From Nitrosopumilaceae archaeon (lineage in GTDB: Archaea; Thermoproteota; Nitrososphaeria; Nitrososphaerales; Nitrosopumilaceae), in the NCBI GenBank assembly GCA_965203465.1, contig CBDBCR010000001.1, forward strand, positions 736,001 through 800,000: a stretch of 64,000 bases of DNA, in the 5' to 3' direction. The notes below the pieces were generated by a model that made no database searches, was not told where the DNA came from, and was given only the letters and a program-made list of their open reading frames with translations. How positions within the stretch are numbered: the first letter of the stretch is position 1; each line of letters begins with the position of its first letter. The position numbers and the translations under genes were made by a program. Positions 1 to 10,237 of the stretch are shown here, in pieces.

Positions 1-417
1 CCTAAGTGTGGACTCAGGTCGATTTGACTGGCGTGCCTAGGCTGCTCCGGTTTGGCATGCACGGTGCCGTTGCGCGCGGGCTCTGGCTCCGCTGCGCGGC
101 GAAACGGGATTCCGAGCCGCCGCCCGGCGGCGAAACGGCCCAACTGCGGCCGGGGCCGGAGAACGGCCTCTGTTTGCGGCGCGCGTTTGCGCCGTGGACG
201 GATGCGCGTCAGGCGGCGGCGCCCGAAAAGGCCACCGGGCCTGCATCTGCCCGCCCGTGCCGGGCGGATCGCCGGCTCGGGCCGCGGATGTATGTGACAA
301 GTGGATGCGAATCCTAGGCACGGATCGATACGCTATTGGGCAAGCCGCCCCCGGGTTTTACACGAATGGCGTACATGATCAAACACGCCAACTATAAATA
401 CGGGGTTCACGCCACCT

Positions 418-930
418 GTGTTTAGTTTGGAAGGAGATTGGTACGATGTTGCACAGATCTGCATGAACGGGCACGTTATAAACGATCGTGTAAAGTCAGA
501 CCCAGAATCCAACCACAAGTTTTGCCGAACGTGTGGAGAAAAAACGATAACTAATTGCACAGACTGCGACAAAGAGATCCAAGGGCGCCATCACATAAAA
601 AATGCATTCATAAATGTTGTCGGTCTTTTGCCCACAGCTCCGCCATATTGTGAAGGCTGCGGATTCCCGTATCCTTGGACAAAATCGCGAATGGCGGCGT
701 TGAAGAAATTGCTGGGCGAGTTGGAGATGGAAAAGGCAGAAAAGGCCAAACTGCGCGGGACTGTTAAAGATCTAGTGCGCGAAACGACTAGAACCGAACT
801 CGCGGCAAACCGCTTTAGGGTGATTTTCAACAAAATAAAACCCGAGCACAAGAAGATGGTTGAGAATATGGCAGTCAATGTAATCTGCGAACCAGCCAAG
901 AGGCTGATATTCGGAGAACTGGGCGCATAG
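418..930 (+). CDS. DUF2321-like Cys-rich (Zn-binding) protein
   Basis: Motifs YDVAQICMNGH, CRTCG, CTDC and PPYCEGCGFPYPWT match my recollection of DUF2321. TATAAATA at 393-400; the true start may be TTG 427. Confidence 0.75.
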   Translation: MFSLEGDWYDVAQICMNGHVINDRVKSDPESNHKFCRTCGEKTITNCTDCDKEIQGRHHIKNAFINVVGLLPTAPPYCEGCGFPYPWTKSRMAALKKLLGELEMEKAEKAKLRGTVKDLVRETTRTELAANRFRVIFNKIKPEHKKMVENMAVNVICEPAKRLIFGELGA

Positions 931-1094
931 TCCCGTGCGCGCTATCGGGACAACGGGCGCATGGCCACATAACCGCCGAAATAGGCCACAAGATCATGCA
1001 CGCAGACGCACGCTGGCCGTGGCGGGGGGAGCGAATGCGCGGCTAACCTGCCTAGGAAGACGGGCGCGGGGCCGCCGCCGGCGCGGGAGCGCGC

Positions 1095-2912
1095 TCACGG
1101 CAGGTTGTCTAGCAGAACGTGGCGGTCCAGCCACATGTTCCGGTGCTCGCACGAGGTCTCCGACGTCATTAGGCACGCGTAGCACGAGGCCCCGCTGTAG
1201 CCGCCGCTGCGGAATTCGGCGTCCCCGCAGAGCGGGTCCCCCGAGCACGAAGAGGCCTTTTCGAGCGCCGCGCGCAGTATCTTTTCCATGTGCGGTGCAA
1301 GGCCGATCAGCCCGCCCAGCGTGCCCTCGTTCCCCGGCTGGGTCGCGTACAGGAGCACGCCGCCCCTGCACCTGCCCCCGTCTCGCTCGAAATACACGCG
1401 CTCCCTTATGGAAGCGGGCGAATACCCCGCCTCCTCGCCTATGGCCCTTATCAGCAGGTGGGAAACGGTGTGCCACCACACGAACCCCGGATCCAGCTCG
1501 TCCCTAGAGCTGTCCGCGTCGCGGAACACGAACCCCGAATACTGCCCGGCGCCGGCCGCGCCGCCCGTCCACGCCCCGGCATGCGCGCCTTTTGCGCAAC
1601 CCGACCACCCGCAGTCCTTGTCCAGGCGCACGAATACGCCCTCCCCGAAAAATTCCACGCCCGGAAACCAGAGGCCGGATCCTTGTCGGCTGTGGCCTAT
1701 CCGGACCAGCTTGGGGGGCGCCGACCCGACGCTTTCCGGCATGTCCCTGCGGAACCCCGTCTGGACGGTGACCGTCCTGAGCGTCTGGACGGGGGTGATC
1801 CTGAACGCCGTGCCTTTTTTGGTGCGCACGATTCCGATCTCGCGCGGCTCGATCTCGAAAATGATCTTGGCCTTGGGCCTTTCGGCCTCCTGGGGAGGGG
1901 CACCGTGCACGGACGCCTTTACGAGCTCGTGGAATTCGTCCATTATGAGGTCGTGGTACGGGCGGGGCCGGATTTTCCCGTGCTCTTCGACGGCCTGGCG
2001 TATCTCGCTCCAGTCCGACTCCCGGAACTCGTCGAGCACGTCCTTGCGTATTTTTCCGGCGGAGTGGAGTTTTTCCAGCACTTTCATCATTTTCCCCTTG
2101 GATCTGGCCGGCTGGAACATCAGGGCCGTCTGAATGTCGCTGTTTTGCAGGTGCAGGTTCAGGCTGGTGTTGGTAGATCGTATGGACAGCAGGGTCCGGG
2201 TCTCGGGCAGCCTGAGGTTGGAGGCGCGCCTGGTGATCACCTTTGCCTTTCTTTTACACGCCTCGCTGGAGCGCTCGGATCCCCCGTATTCCCTCTGCGG
2301 ATGCCTTCCGCGGCAGGGCCATTCGGAATAGTATATCCTGCCGAACTGCTGGGTCGTGCCGCACCGCGGGCATTCGAGCACCACGTCGCTCATGGTGCTC
2401 CCGCGCCGGTGCCATCTGACCGCGTCCCCCGAAAGCCCCGGGTGGAGCGATCCGGTCTTGCCCGCGCAGGCTGCCCCGCGGTGGACCATCCCGAACCAGT
2501 TGATCTCGTCCAAATGGCCGTCCCCGCACGCCATCACGAACCCGACTGCCGCCCTGCCGCCTCCGGTCTCCGCGTCCTTGCACACGGGGCACAGATCTTC
2601 CCTGTAGATCAGCGATCCTCCGCCGTGGTTCTGGTTGGGGCAGATCTTCCAGACTGGAAACGGCGCGGTGCGGTATACGTCCCCCTCGTGCCCGAGCTCG
2701 GGATTGGTCGGGAGCCTGTATATCTTGGCGCCGTCTAGCAGGCCCTCGGACATCCTCTTGTCGTCTATGCGGTAGTCCTCCGGCCGGAAGCCGGACGGAT
2801 GAAAGAGCCCGATCCCCGCGTCCGGTATAAGCCGGGGGCCGTCCCTGCCCTCCAGAATCGCGCCCGGGCCGTACACGAGTATGAACTGCGAGGGCCTGAT
2901 CTTCTGGGTCAT
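1095..2912 (-). CDS. drmB: DISARM DrmB-like DUF1998 protein (copy 1)
   Basis: Starts MTQKIRPSQFILVYGPGA at ATG 2912, in an ATGA overlap with the drmA stop. Contains CGDGHLD, HTVSHLLIR, SIRERVY, GTLGGL and the C-terminal four-Cys motif CSGDPLC..SCYAC..SETSCEHRN..LDR. Confidence 0.9.
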   Translation of the reverse strand: MTQKIRPSQFILVYGPGAILEGRDGPRLIPDAGIGLFHPSGFRPEDYRIDDKRMSEGLLDGAKIYRLPTNPELGHEGDVYRTAPFPVWKICPNQNHGGGSLIYREDLCPVCKDAETGGGRAAVGFVMACGDGHLDEINWFGMVHRGAACAGKTGSLHPGLSGDAVRWHRRGSTMSDVVLECPRCGTTQQFGRIYYSEWPCRGRHPQREYGGSERSSEACKRKAKVITRRASNLRLPETRTLLSIRSTNTSLNLHLQNSDIQTALMFQPARSKGKMMKVLEKLHSAGKIRKDVLDEFRESDWSEIRQAVEEHGKIRPRPYHDLIMDEFHELVKASVHGAPPQEAERPKAKIIFEIEPREIGIVRTKKGTAFRITPVQTLRTVTVQTGFRRDMPESVGSAPPKLVRIGHSRQGSGLWFPGVEFFGEGVFVRLDKDCGWSGCAKGAHAGAWTGGAAGAGQYSGFVFRDADSSRDELDPGFVWWHTVSHLLIRAIGEEAGYSPASIRERVYFERDGGRCRGGVLLYATQPGNEGTLGGLIGLAPHMEKILRAALEKASSCSGDPLCGDAEFRSGGYSGASCYACLMTSETSCEHRNMWLDRHVLLDNLP

Positions 2913-5900
2913 GTCTGGAAGCCGGTCTCCTCTTCTATGTTCCTGAGGGACTGCGGGGCGTTGCGGTACACGACTGCGGCGTTCGAATGCTCGTGCCTCG
3001 GATCCCCCAGCACCACCGCCTTTTTCGGGGCGCCGTATTCGACGTACGCCAGGTCCGGATCCCGCTCTGCGCTGCTCCTCCACCGCTCTATCGCCCTCCG
3101 CGCGCCCTTTTCCGTCTCGCCCTCCGCGGGCCTTCTGGAGCCGGGCTGCTTTTGCGATCTGGCCTCCAGAATGCGCGGAACCGCGCCGACTTCCGGGGCG
3201 CCGAAGTCCCGGCCCATTTTGGAGGCGTTTTTGCCCGCCCATTCCTGGGATGCCTCGCGGGCGTTCCTCAGTATGCCGACCATGACCGGCCCCTCCGCCC
3301 GCTCCCTGACCCGCTTGGCGAACGGGAACACGGTGGGCGGCTCGACGAACCTGTGGAGCTGGCGGTGGTGCCTGACGAAAAACTCGTAATGGTTCAGATC
3401 GCGCGGCTTTGAGGCCTGGTGCAGCGTGACCACTATCGCGCCGCTTTTCCTGCCCACCCTGCCGGTGGCCTGTATGTAGGCAGACGAGGTCTTGGGCTGG
3501 CCGTTGACTATCATGGCCCCGAGCCTCTGCACGTCCACGCCGGTGCCGAACATGGAGGTGGTGAACAGCGCGTCCAGTGCGTCTTCGGATCCGGGGTGTT
3601 GCTTGCCCAGCAGATCCAGTATCGACGGCAGGTTGGTAGAAGGCGTCCTTCCGGACAGCTCTTGGCACCTCTCTTCCCTGACGACCCGGGCCTCCGATCC
3701 GGAACGCTCTGCCAAGTGGCGCATCCACTCGGGGATCTCTTGCCTGTACAGCGCCCGCGCGCCCGCCAGCTCCCTTACCGTGTTAAAGTACCCTATCACG
3801 GTCCAGAACCGGTCCGCGCCCAGTTCGCCGGCGCTCTGGGTCAGCCTGGACCATATCCTGACGACCGGCGTGAGCGCGCCGCGGCCCGGGGCGCAGATTC
3901 CGACGTGCAGACGCCCGGCTTCCGCGTCTTGGAGCGGGTGGGCCGGCGTTTCCCGGACGAAGAACCTGTCGTCGGCGTCCAGCCCCTTGGGCGGGAACAC
4001 CGCGATGCCCCTGGCGAACAGGGCCTTTACGTGGTCGCCCGAGCGCTTGGCGGTGGCCGTCGACGCGACGTACTTTACCCGGCCGTCGGCGGAGCACAGG
4101 TGATCCACGGCAGACTCGTATATGCCCACCATGCTGCCCAGCGGGCCGTCGAGCAGGTGGAGTTCGTCCTGGATCATGAGATCGGGCGGCCGTATCCTCC
4201 GCGCCAGCTTTGCGTGGTTCTTTTCCCTGCCGCCCGCCGGGCTCGGATGCGCGACCGACCTCCTGTGGTAGCCCTTGACGTTGTGGTGGTAGTCGACGTT
4301 GCCGAACAGCGAGCCGCTCTGGGGCTCGAATGGGATCCGGGCCAGTTTGTCCACGGTCGAGACGATCATGGTGGGCAGGATCCTGTACAGCTGCTCGTCT
4401 ACGGTGAACGCCGGGATGGGTATGCGGTCCGAAAGGCTGCGCTCTATGGCGAACGCTCCGTTGACGTCCATCATGCAGTTGCCGTCCATGCTCCGGACGC
4501 CGCGCACGGCCTCTTCGGTGTCTGCGCAGTCGGGCACCCTGCCGTGGACCCTGCCCAGGGGCGCCCCTCCGGCCCATTTCGCGACCAGCCGGCAGCCGGG
4601 GTTCGGGCAGAATATCTCAAAGTCGTATTCCCTTCTCTTCCCGTCCTTGGCATAGTCCCGTATAAAGTACCCCGGCCGAGACGCGCTGGCCGGCGCGAGC
4701 CTTGCGGGGGTGCCGTTTTCCCCCAGGCGCTTCCGTATCCTGGACCAGAGCCCGTCCAGATCGCTGCCCCGGATCCTCGAATCGGAGTGGAGCCCGACGG
4801 ACAGGGTGAACACGCCTTCGACCGCGTTCTTGGTGACGCGGGACTTTGTGATTTTCACGTATGGCGCCTCGATCCCGGACAGGCCCGCCGCGTTCAGTCC
4901 CCGGGCCGCGGTGCGCACCACGTAGTGTATCTCGGCGTCTTCGAGCCCCATCTTGGGCGTGGCCAGCACGGATCCGCACGCGGGGCATTCGAGTATCTGG
5001 GCCGGCTCGCCGTCGTTTTCGTGCTCGCCGGCGTGCTTGAGGATCTCCAGGGCTCCGGGCACCGTGCTCCCCCCGAACCACGTGTCGTCCAGCTTGTTGG
5101 GCGTCACGGTGCTGCCCACCCAGAGCCCCACCGAAAAGGGCGCGGTGCCCCACAAAAACCCCTCGTCGCCCCGCCGGCCCCGGGGCCTCCAGCCGACGCG
5201 GCCCCCGCTCAGCCCGTCCACCCTGAGGCGCTCCATGGCCGTAAACAGCGCCGCGGTCCTCCTGAACTGCTGTATGGTCAACAGCCGCAGGGTGTACCTG
5301 CTTATCACCGAGACGCCCTCCCCCGAGCGCGCCCACGTGTGGCTTTTTGCCGCCCGGAGCCGCCTGTATGCAGAGACCATGGCCACCAGGAACAGGTAAG
5401 CCTCGGTCTTGCCTCCCCCGGTGGGAACCCAGAGCAGATCGCACGTGCCCCTGTCTTCGGACTTGCGGTTCAGGATGGATTCGGCGCTCATCAGTATGAA
5501 GCCTAGCTGGAACGGCCTGAATTCCATGCCCTTCCGCCCGGCCCATTCGGCCTGCTCGTCGATGGCGCGGCTTGCAAAACAGAACGCCAGCCTGGCGTCG
5601 TCGTCCTCGCACACCGTCTCTATCCCGAGCTTTATGCGCCTGTGAGCTTCTTGCGCCGCGCGTATGATCTCCGACTTTACGTCGCGCCGGACTCGGCAGC
5701 CGCGCAGCTCGTCTATCCACCGCCCGTACTCGGAGTCGAACGGCTCCAGGTGGCGCCTGAGGGCGGCCTTGTCGTACTCTTGCGCGTATTCGCCCGGTTT
5801 CAGCAGGGGCCGGTTTTTCCCGCGCCATTCAAAGTCCGGCGACATGACGTTGTGCATGGGCACGAATTCTGTCCTCGCGTCGCAGGCGGCAAACTTGGCG

Positions 5901-6742
5901 CGCTGTTTTGCGGGCAGGATCTCGCGGTCGGCCCACGCGAATCCTGGCTGCGATGCGCATTCGGGGGAGCCCGGATGGTCCGTCTCGGGGTCGACGCCCT
6001 TCCAAACGGCGGACGTCATGTGGCCCCTGGCCAGGGATTCCCTGTTTCTGTACAGCACCTCGTCCTCGCTTTCGTCCTTTGAAGCCGCTTCGGCGCCCCG
6101 GCCCGGGACGATCTTCGTGCCCGCGCCGCACACGATCCTGATCTGGGGCTGGAACACGTGGTGGTCGGATCCCGCCTTTTTCCCGGGGGGGACTTTGATC
6201 CTGTTGACCACGTGCATGCTCACGGAGCGCGCCCCGGGGCCCCGGCCCACGCGCACGTGCACCGAAATCTCGCCGTCCCCGCCCGCCGCGTTTCCGTCAG
6301 AATCAAACCACCTCGTCTCTTTGCCCTTTCCGCCCACGCGGAAAATGGCGCACTTTGGAGACCTCGTCCATTGCCCGGCGTCCGGATCCTGCCTGTACCT
6401 GGCCCAAGTAACGCACGCGTCGATCTTGGGGACCCCCGACGACGAGATGGAGAACGTAATGCCCATCGTAGACGGGATCTTTTTTGGATCGAGGGCCGGC
6501 GACAGCATGGAAGACGGCGAGATCCCGGGTTCGGCGTCCTCGTCCCCCTCCCTCTTTTCCGCGGTGCCGGCGAGATCCGAGTCTGATCCGGGCTCTTCGT
6601 CGCGGCGCTCCGCCTCGGCGCCTACGGGCGCCAGTATGCCCGTGATGTATTCGACTATGGGCTTGTCTGCCAGGGTTTCCCGCGGCCCGCCGCGCGGGCC
6701 CAGGAGGTTCTTGACCAGATCGCAGACCAAAACTTCCCTCAA
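2909..6742 (-). CDS. drmA: DISARM DrmA-like SF2 helicase (copy 1)
   Basis: Walker A PTGGGKTEAY, SRYTLRLLTIQQF, DELH, STAT, GVDV and QATGRVGR; 1277 aa; translationally coupled to the DUF1998 gene. Confidence 0.9.
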   Translation of the reverse strand: MREVLVCDLVKNLLGPRGGPRETLADKPIVEYITGILAPVGAEAERRDEEPGSDSDLAGTAEKREGDEDAEPGISPSSMLSPALDPKKIPSTMGITFSISSSGVPKIDACVTWARYRQDPDAGQWTRSPKCAIFRVGGKGKETRWFDSDGNAAGGDGEISVHVRVGRGPGARSVSMHVVNRIKVPPGKKAGSDHHVFQPQIRIVCGAGTKIVPGRGAEAASKDESEDEVLYRNRESLARGHMTSAVWKGVDPETDHPGSPECASQPGFAWADREILPAKQRAKFAACDARTEFVPMHNVMSPDFEWRGKNRPLLKPGEYAQEYDKAALRRHLEPFDSEYGRWIDELRGCRVRRDVKSEIIRAAQEAHRRIKLGIETVCEDDDARLAFCFASRAIDEQAEWAGRKGMEFRPFQLGFILMSAESILNRKSEDRGTCDLLWVPTGGGKTEAYLFLVAMVSAYRRLRAAKSHTWARSGEGVSVISRYTLRLLTIQQFRRTAALFTAMERLRVDGLSGGRVGWRPRGRRGDEGFLWGTAPFSVGLWVGSTVTPNKLDDTWFGGSTVPGALEILKHAGEHENDGEPAQILECPACGSVLATPKMGLEDAEIHYVVRTAARGLNAAGLSGIEAPYVKITKSRVTKNAVEGVFTLSVGLHSDSRIRGSDLDGLWSRIRKRLGENGTPARLAPASASRPGYFIRDYAKDGKRREYDFEIFCPNPGCRLVAKWAGGAPLGRVHGRVPDCADTEEAVRGVRSMDGNCMMDVNGAFAIERSLSDRIPIPAFTVDEQLYRILPTMIVSTVDKLARIPFEPQSGSLFGNVDYHHNVKGYHRRSVAHPSPAGGREKNHAKLARRIRPPDLMIQDELHLLDGPLGSMVGIYESAVDHLCSADGRVKYVASTATAKRSGDHVKALFARGIAVFPPKGLDADDRFFVRETPAHPLQDAEAGRLHVGICAPGRGALTPVVRIWSRLTQSAGELGADRFWTVIGYFNTVRELAGARALYRQEIPEWMRHLAERSGSEARVVREERCQELSGRTPSTNLPSILDLLGKQHPGSEDALDALFTTSMFGTGVDVQRLGAMIVNGQPKTSSAYIQATGRVGRKSGAIVVTLHQASKPRDLNHYEFFVRHHRQLHRFVEPPTVFPFAKRVRERAEGPVMVGILRNAREASQEWAGKNASKMGRDFGAPEVGAVPRILEARSQKQPGSRRPAEGETEKGARRAIERWRSSAERDPDLAYVEYGAPKKAVVLGDPRHEHSNAAVVYRNAPQSLRNIEEETGFQT

Positions 6743-6767
6743 GGCGTGCGCCTTGGAGCGGGCCGAC

Positions 6768-6774
6768 TTTATAA
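6768..6774 (-). promoter_or_regulatory. Archaeal TATA box for drmA-1
   Basis: TTATAAA on the minus strand, 25 nt upstream of the TTG start at 6742. Confidence 0.6.
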
Positions 6775-7237
6775 TGTTGCATCCGGGGCCCGGTAAGCGG
6801 TCAGGTCAGTGGATAGCCTAGTCACGAAAAAGCGCCGCGTGTAGATCGGGCCGTGCCTAAACGCAAGCCCGGCCTGGCCGGTTACGGGGCCCGAGAGTTG
6901 CCCAACCCCCGTGGCCGGGGTCGCCTCGCGCCACCCTACGTCATCCGTACCTAATTTCCGGGCGTCAAGCGCGCCACGGCGTCGGCGACGGCCCCGCATC
7001 CAAGGTTAGGCGGCAGACTGCTTGGTGTGCGCGTGAGTCACGTCTGCCGACAAGTTCCAAGAGCGGAATGGCGCTTTATGGCCGCCTGCAAAAGCCGCCC
7101 GCGTCGGGCGGCGCCGCATCGAGTGTTCTTTGGCCCCTGCGGGCGGCTCCGCCTGCCGCCGAGCCCCCAAAACGACGGAATCCGCCGCTTTGGGAGATTT
7201 ACGGGGGAATTATGCGGCGACCCCCTACGGTTATCTC

Positions 7238-7244
7238 TTTATTT
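7238..7244 (+). promoter_or_regulatory. Putative TATA box of the five-gene operon
   Basis: TTTATTT about 21 nt upstream of in-frame GTG 7266. Confidence 0.45.
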
Positions 7245-7265
7245 GCGTGCCGGGGGCCCCCGAGT

Positions 7266-9158
7266 GTGGGTAGGCCGTATTCGAAAGAACTGGACATGGT
7301 GCCCCTGACCTACGCGTGGGCAAACCGCGCCCCGATCGGCGATCTTGGGGCGCTGGTAAACAGGTGCGCCAATGCTCCGCTGTACGCCGTAGGCTCCGGC
7401 GGATCTTTTACCGCCGCGACGTTCGCTTCCGCACTGCACCAGCGGGGGGGCAAGATCTCCAGGTGCATGACGCCACTGGAGTTTGTCTGGCACCCGAGCC
7501 TTGACGGCGACGCCTGCGTGGCCATAGTCACGGCCGGCGGCAACAACAAGGACATACTGGCGTCCTTCGACAAGGCGGCCGCGTCTGCGCCGCTGACGGG
7601 CGTAGTCTCTACAAGCGCGGAGAGCAGGCTGGTCAGAAGGGCGGGCGGCGTCAAGAACGTGCTTGTCCACGCCGCGTGCCCTCCCTCCGGCAGGGACGGG
7701 TTTCTTGCCACGAACTCGCTGATCGCCACGATGCTCTGGCTGTCCCGCGCGTACATAGAGGGGCTCTCGCTCCCGTACGAGATTCCAAAATTTGCGAGGC
7801 TTGCTTCCTGCGGGCCCGGCGCGTTCGAAAAGGCGCGCGGCAAAAAAACGCTAGTCGTGCTGCACGATGACTGGGGCAAGACGGCCGCGGTCGACGCAGA
7901 ATCAAAGATGGTGGAAGCCGGCCTGGCCAACGTCCAGATTTCGGACTACCGCAACTTTGCCCACGGCAGGCACAACTGGCTGGACAAGGCTTCAAGCGAG
8001 ACCTGCGTCGTGGCGATGATCACGCCGCAGTGCCTCGGCCTGGCCGACAGGACGATAGGGTTCGTTCCGGCCGACGTGCCGGTCGTTCGCCTGGCGACGG
8101 ACTTGGACGGTCCTGCGGCGGCGATAGACCTGACCCTCCAGGTGTTCCGCATGGTGGAGTTTTTCGGCGCCGTCCGGGGGATCGATCCTGGGCGGCCCGG
8201 CGTCAAGGACTTTGGACGCCGGATCTACGGCATCGGCGTGCCGAACTTGTGCGAGGACGACCTGGCCGACTTTGAAAGGCTGGCGCTGCGCCGAAAGTTC
8301 GGCAGCGCCGGATCCAAAGCCAAGTCGCGCCAAAAGTCGCTTGGCCGTTTCGTCTCCAAGATGCTCCGGCAGGAGTTTGGAGCGGTCGTATTCGACTACG
8401 ACGGGACGCTCTGCGACGACGGCCGGCGGTTTGAAGGGCCCTCCCCCGAGATCGGATCCATGCTGGCAGGACTGGTCAGGCGCGGGGTGTACGTGGGGGT
8501 GGCGACCGGCCGGGGGGAATCGGTCCGCACGCAACTAGCAAGGCTCCTCCCCGGCAAATACCACGCAGGCGTGCTAATCGGATACCACAACGGCTCCCAG
8601 ATGGGCGGCCTTGCGGACCGCAACGTGCCAGACCCGCACCTGCCTCCAGACGAAGCGCTGCATTCGGCCTTTGAGGCGCTCCAGGCCCGCGGGTTTGAAA
8701 AAAACGGCGCCTCGGCTGGGCCTGCGCAGATATCTCTCAGATTGCCCAACCCGGACGCGCGGCAAGTGCAGCGCCTCGTGGAAGAGTCGGGCGTGGCAGG
8801 TGTCAGGGCGGTCGAATCTGGGCATTCGGTGGACCTGCTTGCTCCGGGGGTATCCAAACTCTCCCTGCTCTGCCACATCAAGGAGCGGTTGCCGAAGGGG
8901 CGCAAGATCCTATGTGTCGGAGACAGGGGCCGGTGGCCCGGCAACGACCACGAACTCCTGGGGACGGAGTACTCTCTCAGCGTCGACGAGGCGTCCGAAG
9001 ACCCATCGAGGTGCTGGAACCTGCTCCCTGCCCACAAGCGCGGCGCGGCAGGAACTTTGCATTATATGGGATGGTTTGGTGTGCGCGACGGCTTTGTCAA
9101 GCTCGAAAAAAATCTCGCAGATATGCGCGGCTCGAATGCCGCTGGAAGGAGACGATGA
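7266..9158 (+). CDS. Tandem SIS (GlmS isomerase-like) domains fused to a HAD-IIB phosphatase/phosphomutase
   Basis: SIS motifs: LYAVGSGGS, TAGGNNKD, GFLATNS, DAESKMVEAG..NFAHG. HAD motifs: VFDYDGTL, VATGR, VSK, CVGDRGRWPGND. Start placed at GTG 7266 (MGRPYSKEL) from TATA spacing; the ORF track starts at 7068. Confidence 0.8.
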   Translation: MGRPYSKELDMVPLTYAWANRAPIGDLGALVNRCANAPLYAVGSGGSFTAATFASALHQRGGKISRCMTPLEFVWHPSLDGDACVAIVTAGGNNKDILASFDKAAASAPLTGVVSTSAESRLVRRAGGVKNVLVHAACPPSGRDGFLATNSLIATMLWLSRAYIEGLSLPYEIPKFARLASCGPGAFEKARGKKTLVVLHDDWGKTAAVDAESKMVEAGLANVQISDYRNFAHGRHNWLDKASSETCVVAMITPQCLGLADRTIGFVPADVPVVRLATDLDGPAAAIDLTLQVFRMVEFFGAVRGIDPGRPGVKDFGRRIYGIGVPNLCEDDLADFERLALRRKFGSAGSKAKSRQKSLGRFVSKMLRQEFGAVVFDYDGTLCDDGRRFEGPSPEIGSMLAGLVRRGVYVGVATGRGESVRTQLARLLPGKYHAGVLIGYHNGSQMGGLADRNVPDPHLPPDEALHSAFEALQARGFEKNGASAGPAQISLRLPNPDARQVQRLVEESGVAGVRAVESGHSVDLLAPGVSKLSLLCHIKERLPKGRKILCVGDRGRWPGNDHELLGTEYSLSVDEASEDPSRCWNLLPAHKRGAAGTLHYMGWFGVRDGFVKLEKNLADMRGSNAAGRRR

Positions 9159-10237
9159 TCGACATACGTGAGACCATCTTGGCCCACGTGCTGGGATGGG
9201 AAGAAGACATAGGAGACGAGTACTACGATCTACAAGCGCTGGGAAACTCCGGCTACGACGATTACATGCAGTTCAGGCCCGGGATGAGGTTCGTGGCCAG
9301 CCTGGCAATGTGGCTAAAGCAGTTTCCGCCCGAGAAACGCACGGCCGCATACGAGTTTGTCAAAAAGCACGTCTTGTGTATCACGCGGGCACAAATGGAG
9401 CAGCTCGTGTCCGTAGCGTATCCGGACTATGTAATACCCATCCTCGCCAAGCAGATTGCGGGCGACGAGTCCAACAGCCTGCGCCGATGGGACGTAACCA
9501 AGACGCTCCGCTCTCGAGAGTTCGACATGCTGCACAAACGATGCCTGTTCATGGGCATGAGCGACGGATCCCACATCGACGAATTCAGGCGGAGCGGCGA
9601 CAAGATAGACCACGAGCAGGTGACAAGAACGCATGAAATAAACAGGGCCAGGGCAGACACGTTGCGCAGAAAACTGGAGAAGAGAACGAATTCGTCTGGA
9701 CAAAAAACATATTTCCAAAACGTCTTTCTGCTGGACGATTTTTCCGCCACGGGTACAAGCTACATAACCGAGGACGGGCAGTCTGGCAAGATCGCAGCTT
9801 TCCACAAAGCCATAACGTCTCCAGAAGACCCGCTGCACGGCTTGGTCGACCTTAAAGATTTGAAAGTTCACGTGATCCTGTACGTCGCCACGGAGCGGGC
9901 CGTTGGAACCATACGCAGCAATGGCGAAAAATTGTTTGGCGCCGTCCGGTTTTCGGTTACTGCCATACACACCATACCCGACTCTGTCAAGTTCGACGAA
10001 TCCGCAAATCCCGAATTTGCAGAACTGGTGCGTAATGAGTGTTTCGGGTACGAGAACATACTAGACGAGCACATGACCGCCGAAAACTCGCCTCAGCCGT
10101 GGCTCGGCTTTGGAAGTTGCGGCCTTCCGCTCGTGTTGTACCACAACACACCCAACAACTCTCTGCCCATCCTGTATAGGAACGACGAAAAGACCAAGTT
10201 TAAGGGGCTGTTTCCAAGGGTCAGGAGGCACCAGTGA
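9155..10237 (+). CDS. Phosphoribosyltransferase-fold protein (PRTase-CE-like)
   Basis: PRPP-binding loop VFLLDDFSATGTS and C-terminal LGFGSCGLPLVLYHNTPNNSLPIL..GLFPR. ATGA overlap with the upstream gene and GGAG upstream of the start. Confidence 0.75.
   Translation: MIDIRETILAHVLGWEEDIGDEYYDLQALGNSGYDDYMQFRPGMRFVASLAMWLKQFPPEKRTAAYEFVKKHVLCITRAQMEQLVSVAYPDYVIPILAKQIAGDESNSLRRWDVTKTLRSREFDMLHKRCLFMGMSDGSHIDEFRRSGDKIDHEQVTRTHEINRARADTLRRKLEKRTNSSGQKTYFQNVFLLDDFSATGTSYITEDGQSGKIAAFHKAITSPEDPLHGLVDLKDLKVHVILYVATERAVGTIRSNGEKLFGAVRFSVTAIHTIPDSVKFDESANPEFAELVRNECFGYENILDEHMTAENSPQPWLGFGSCGLPLVLYHNTPNNSLPILYRNDEKTKFKGLFPRVRRHQ

Noticed and set aside
2913-3728. N-terminal 272 aa of the 877-aa ORF, read as a longer DrmB
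   Set aside because: It overlaps drmA in another frame, and paralog 2 shows that DrmB starts at the IRPSQF motif.
3419-5506. Long antisense ORFs (e.g. 3419-5506, 18623-20221, 43058-45358, 55080-56768)
   Set aside because: They lie opposite or out of frame to motif-bearing genes, carry no motifs themselves, and are expected at high GC3.
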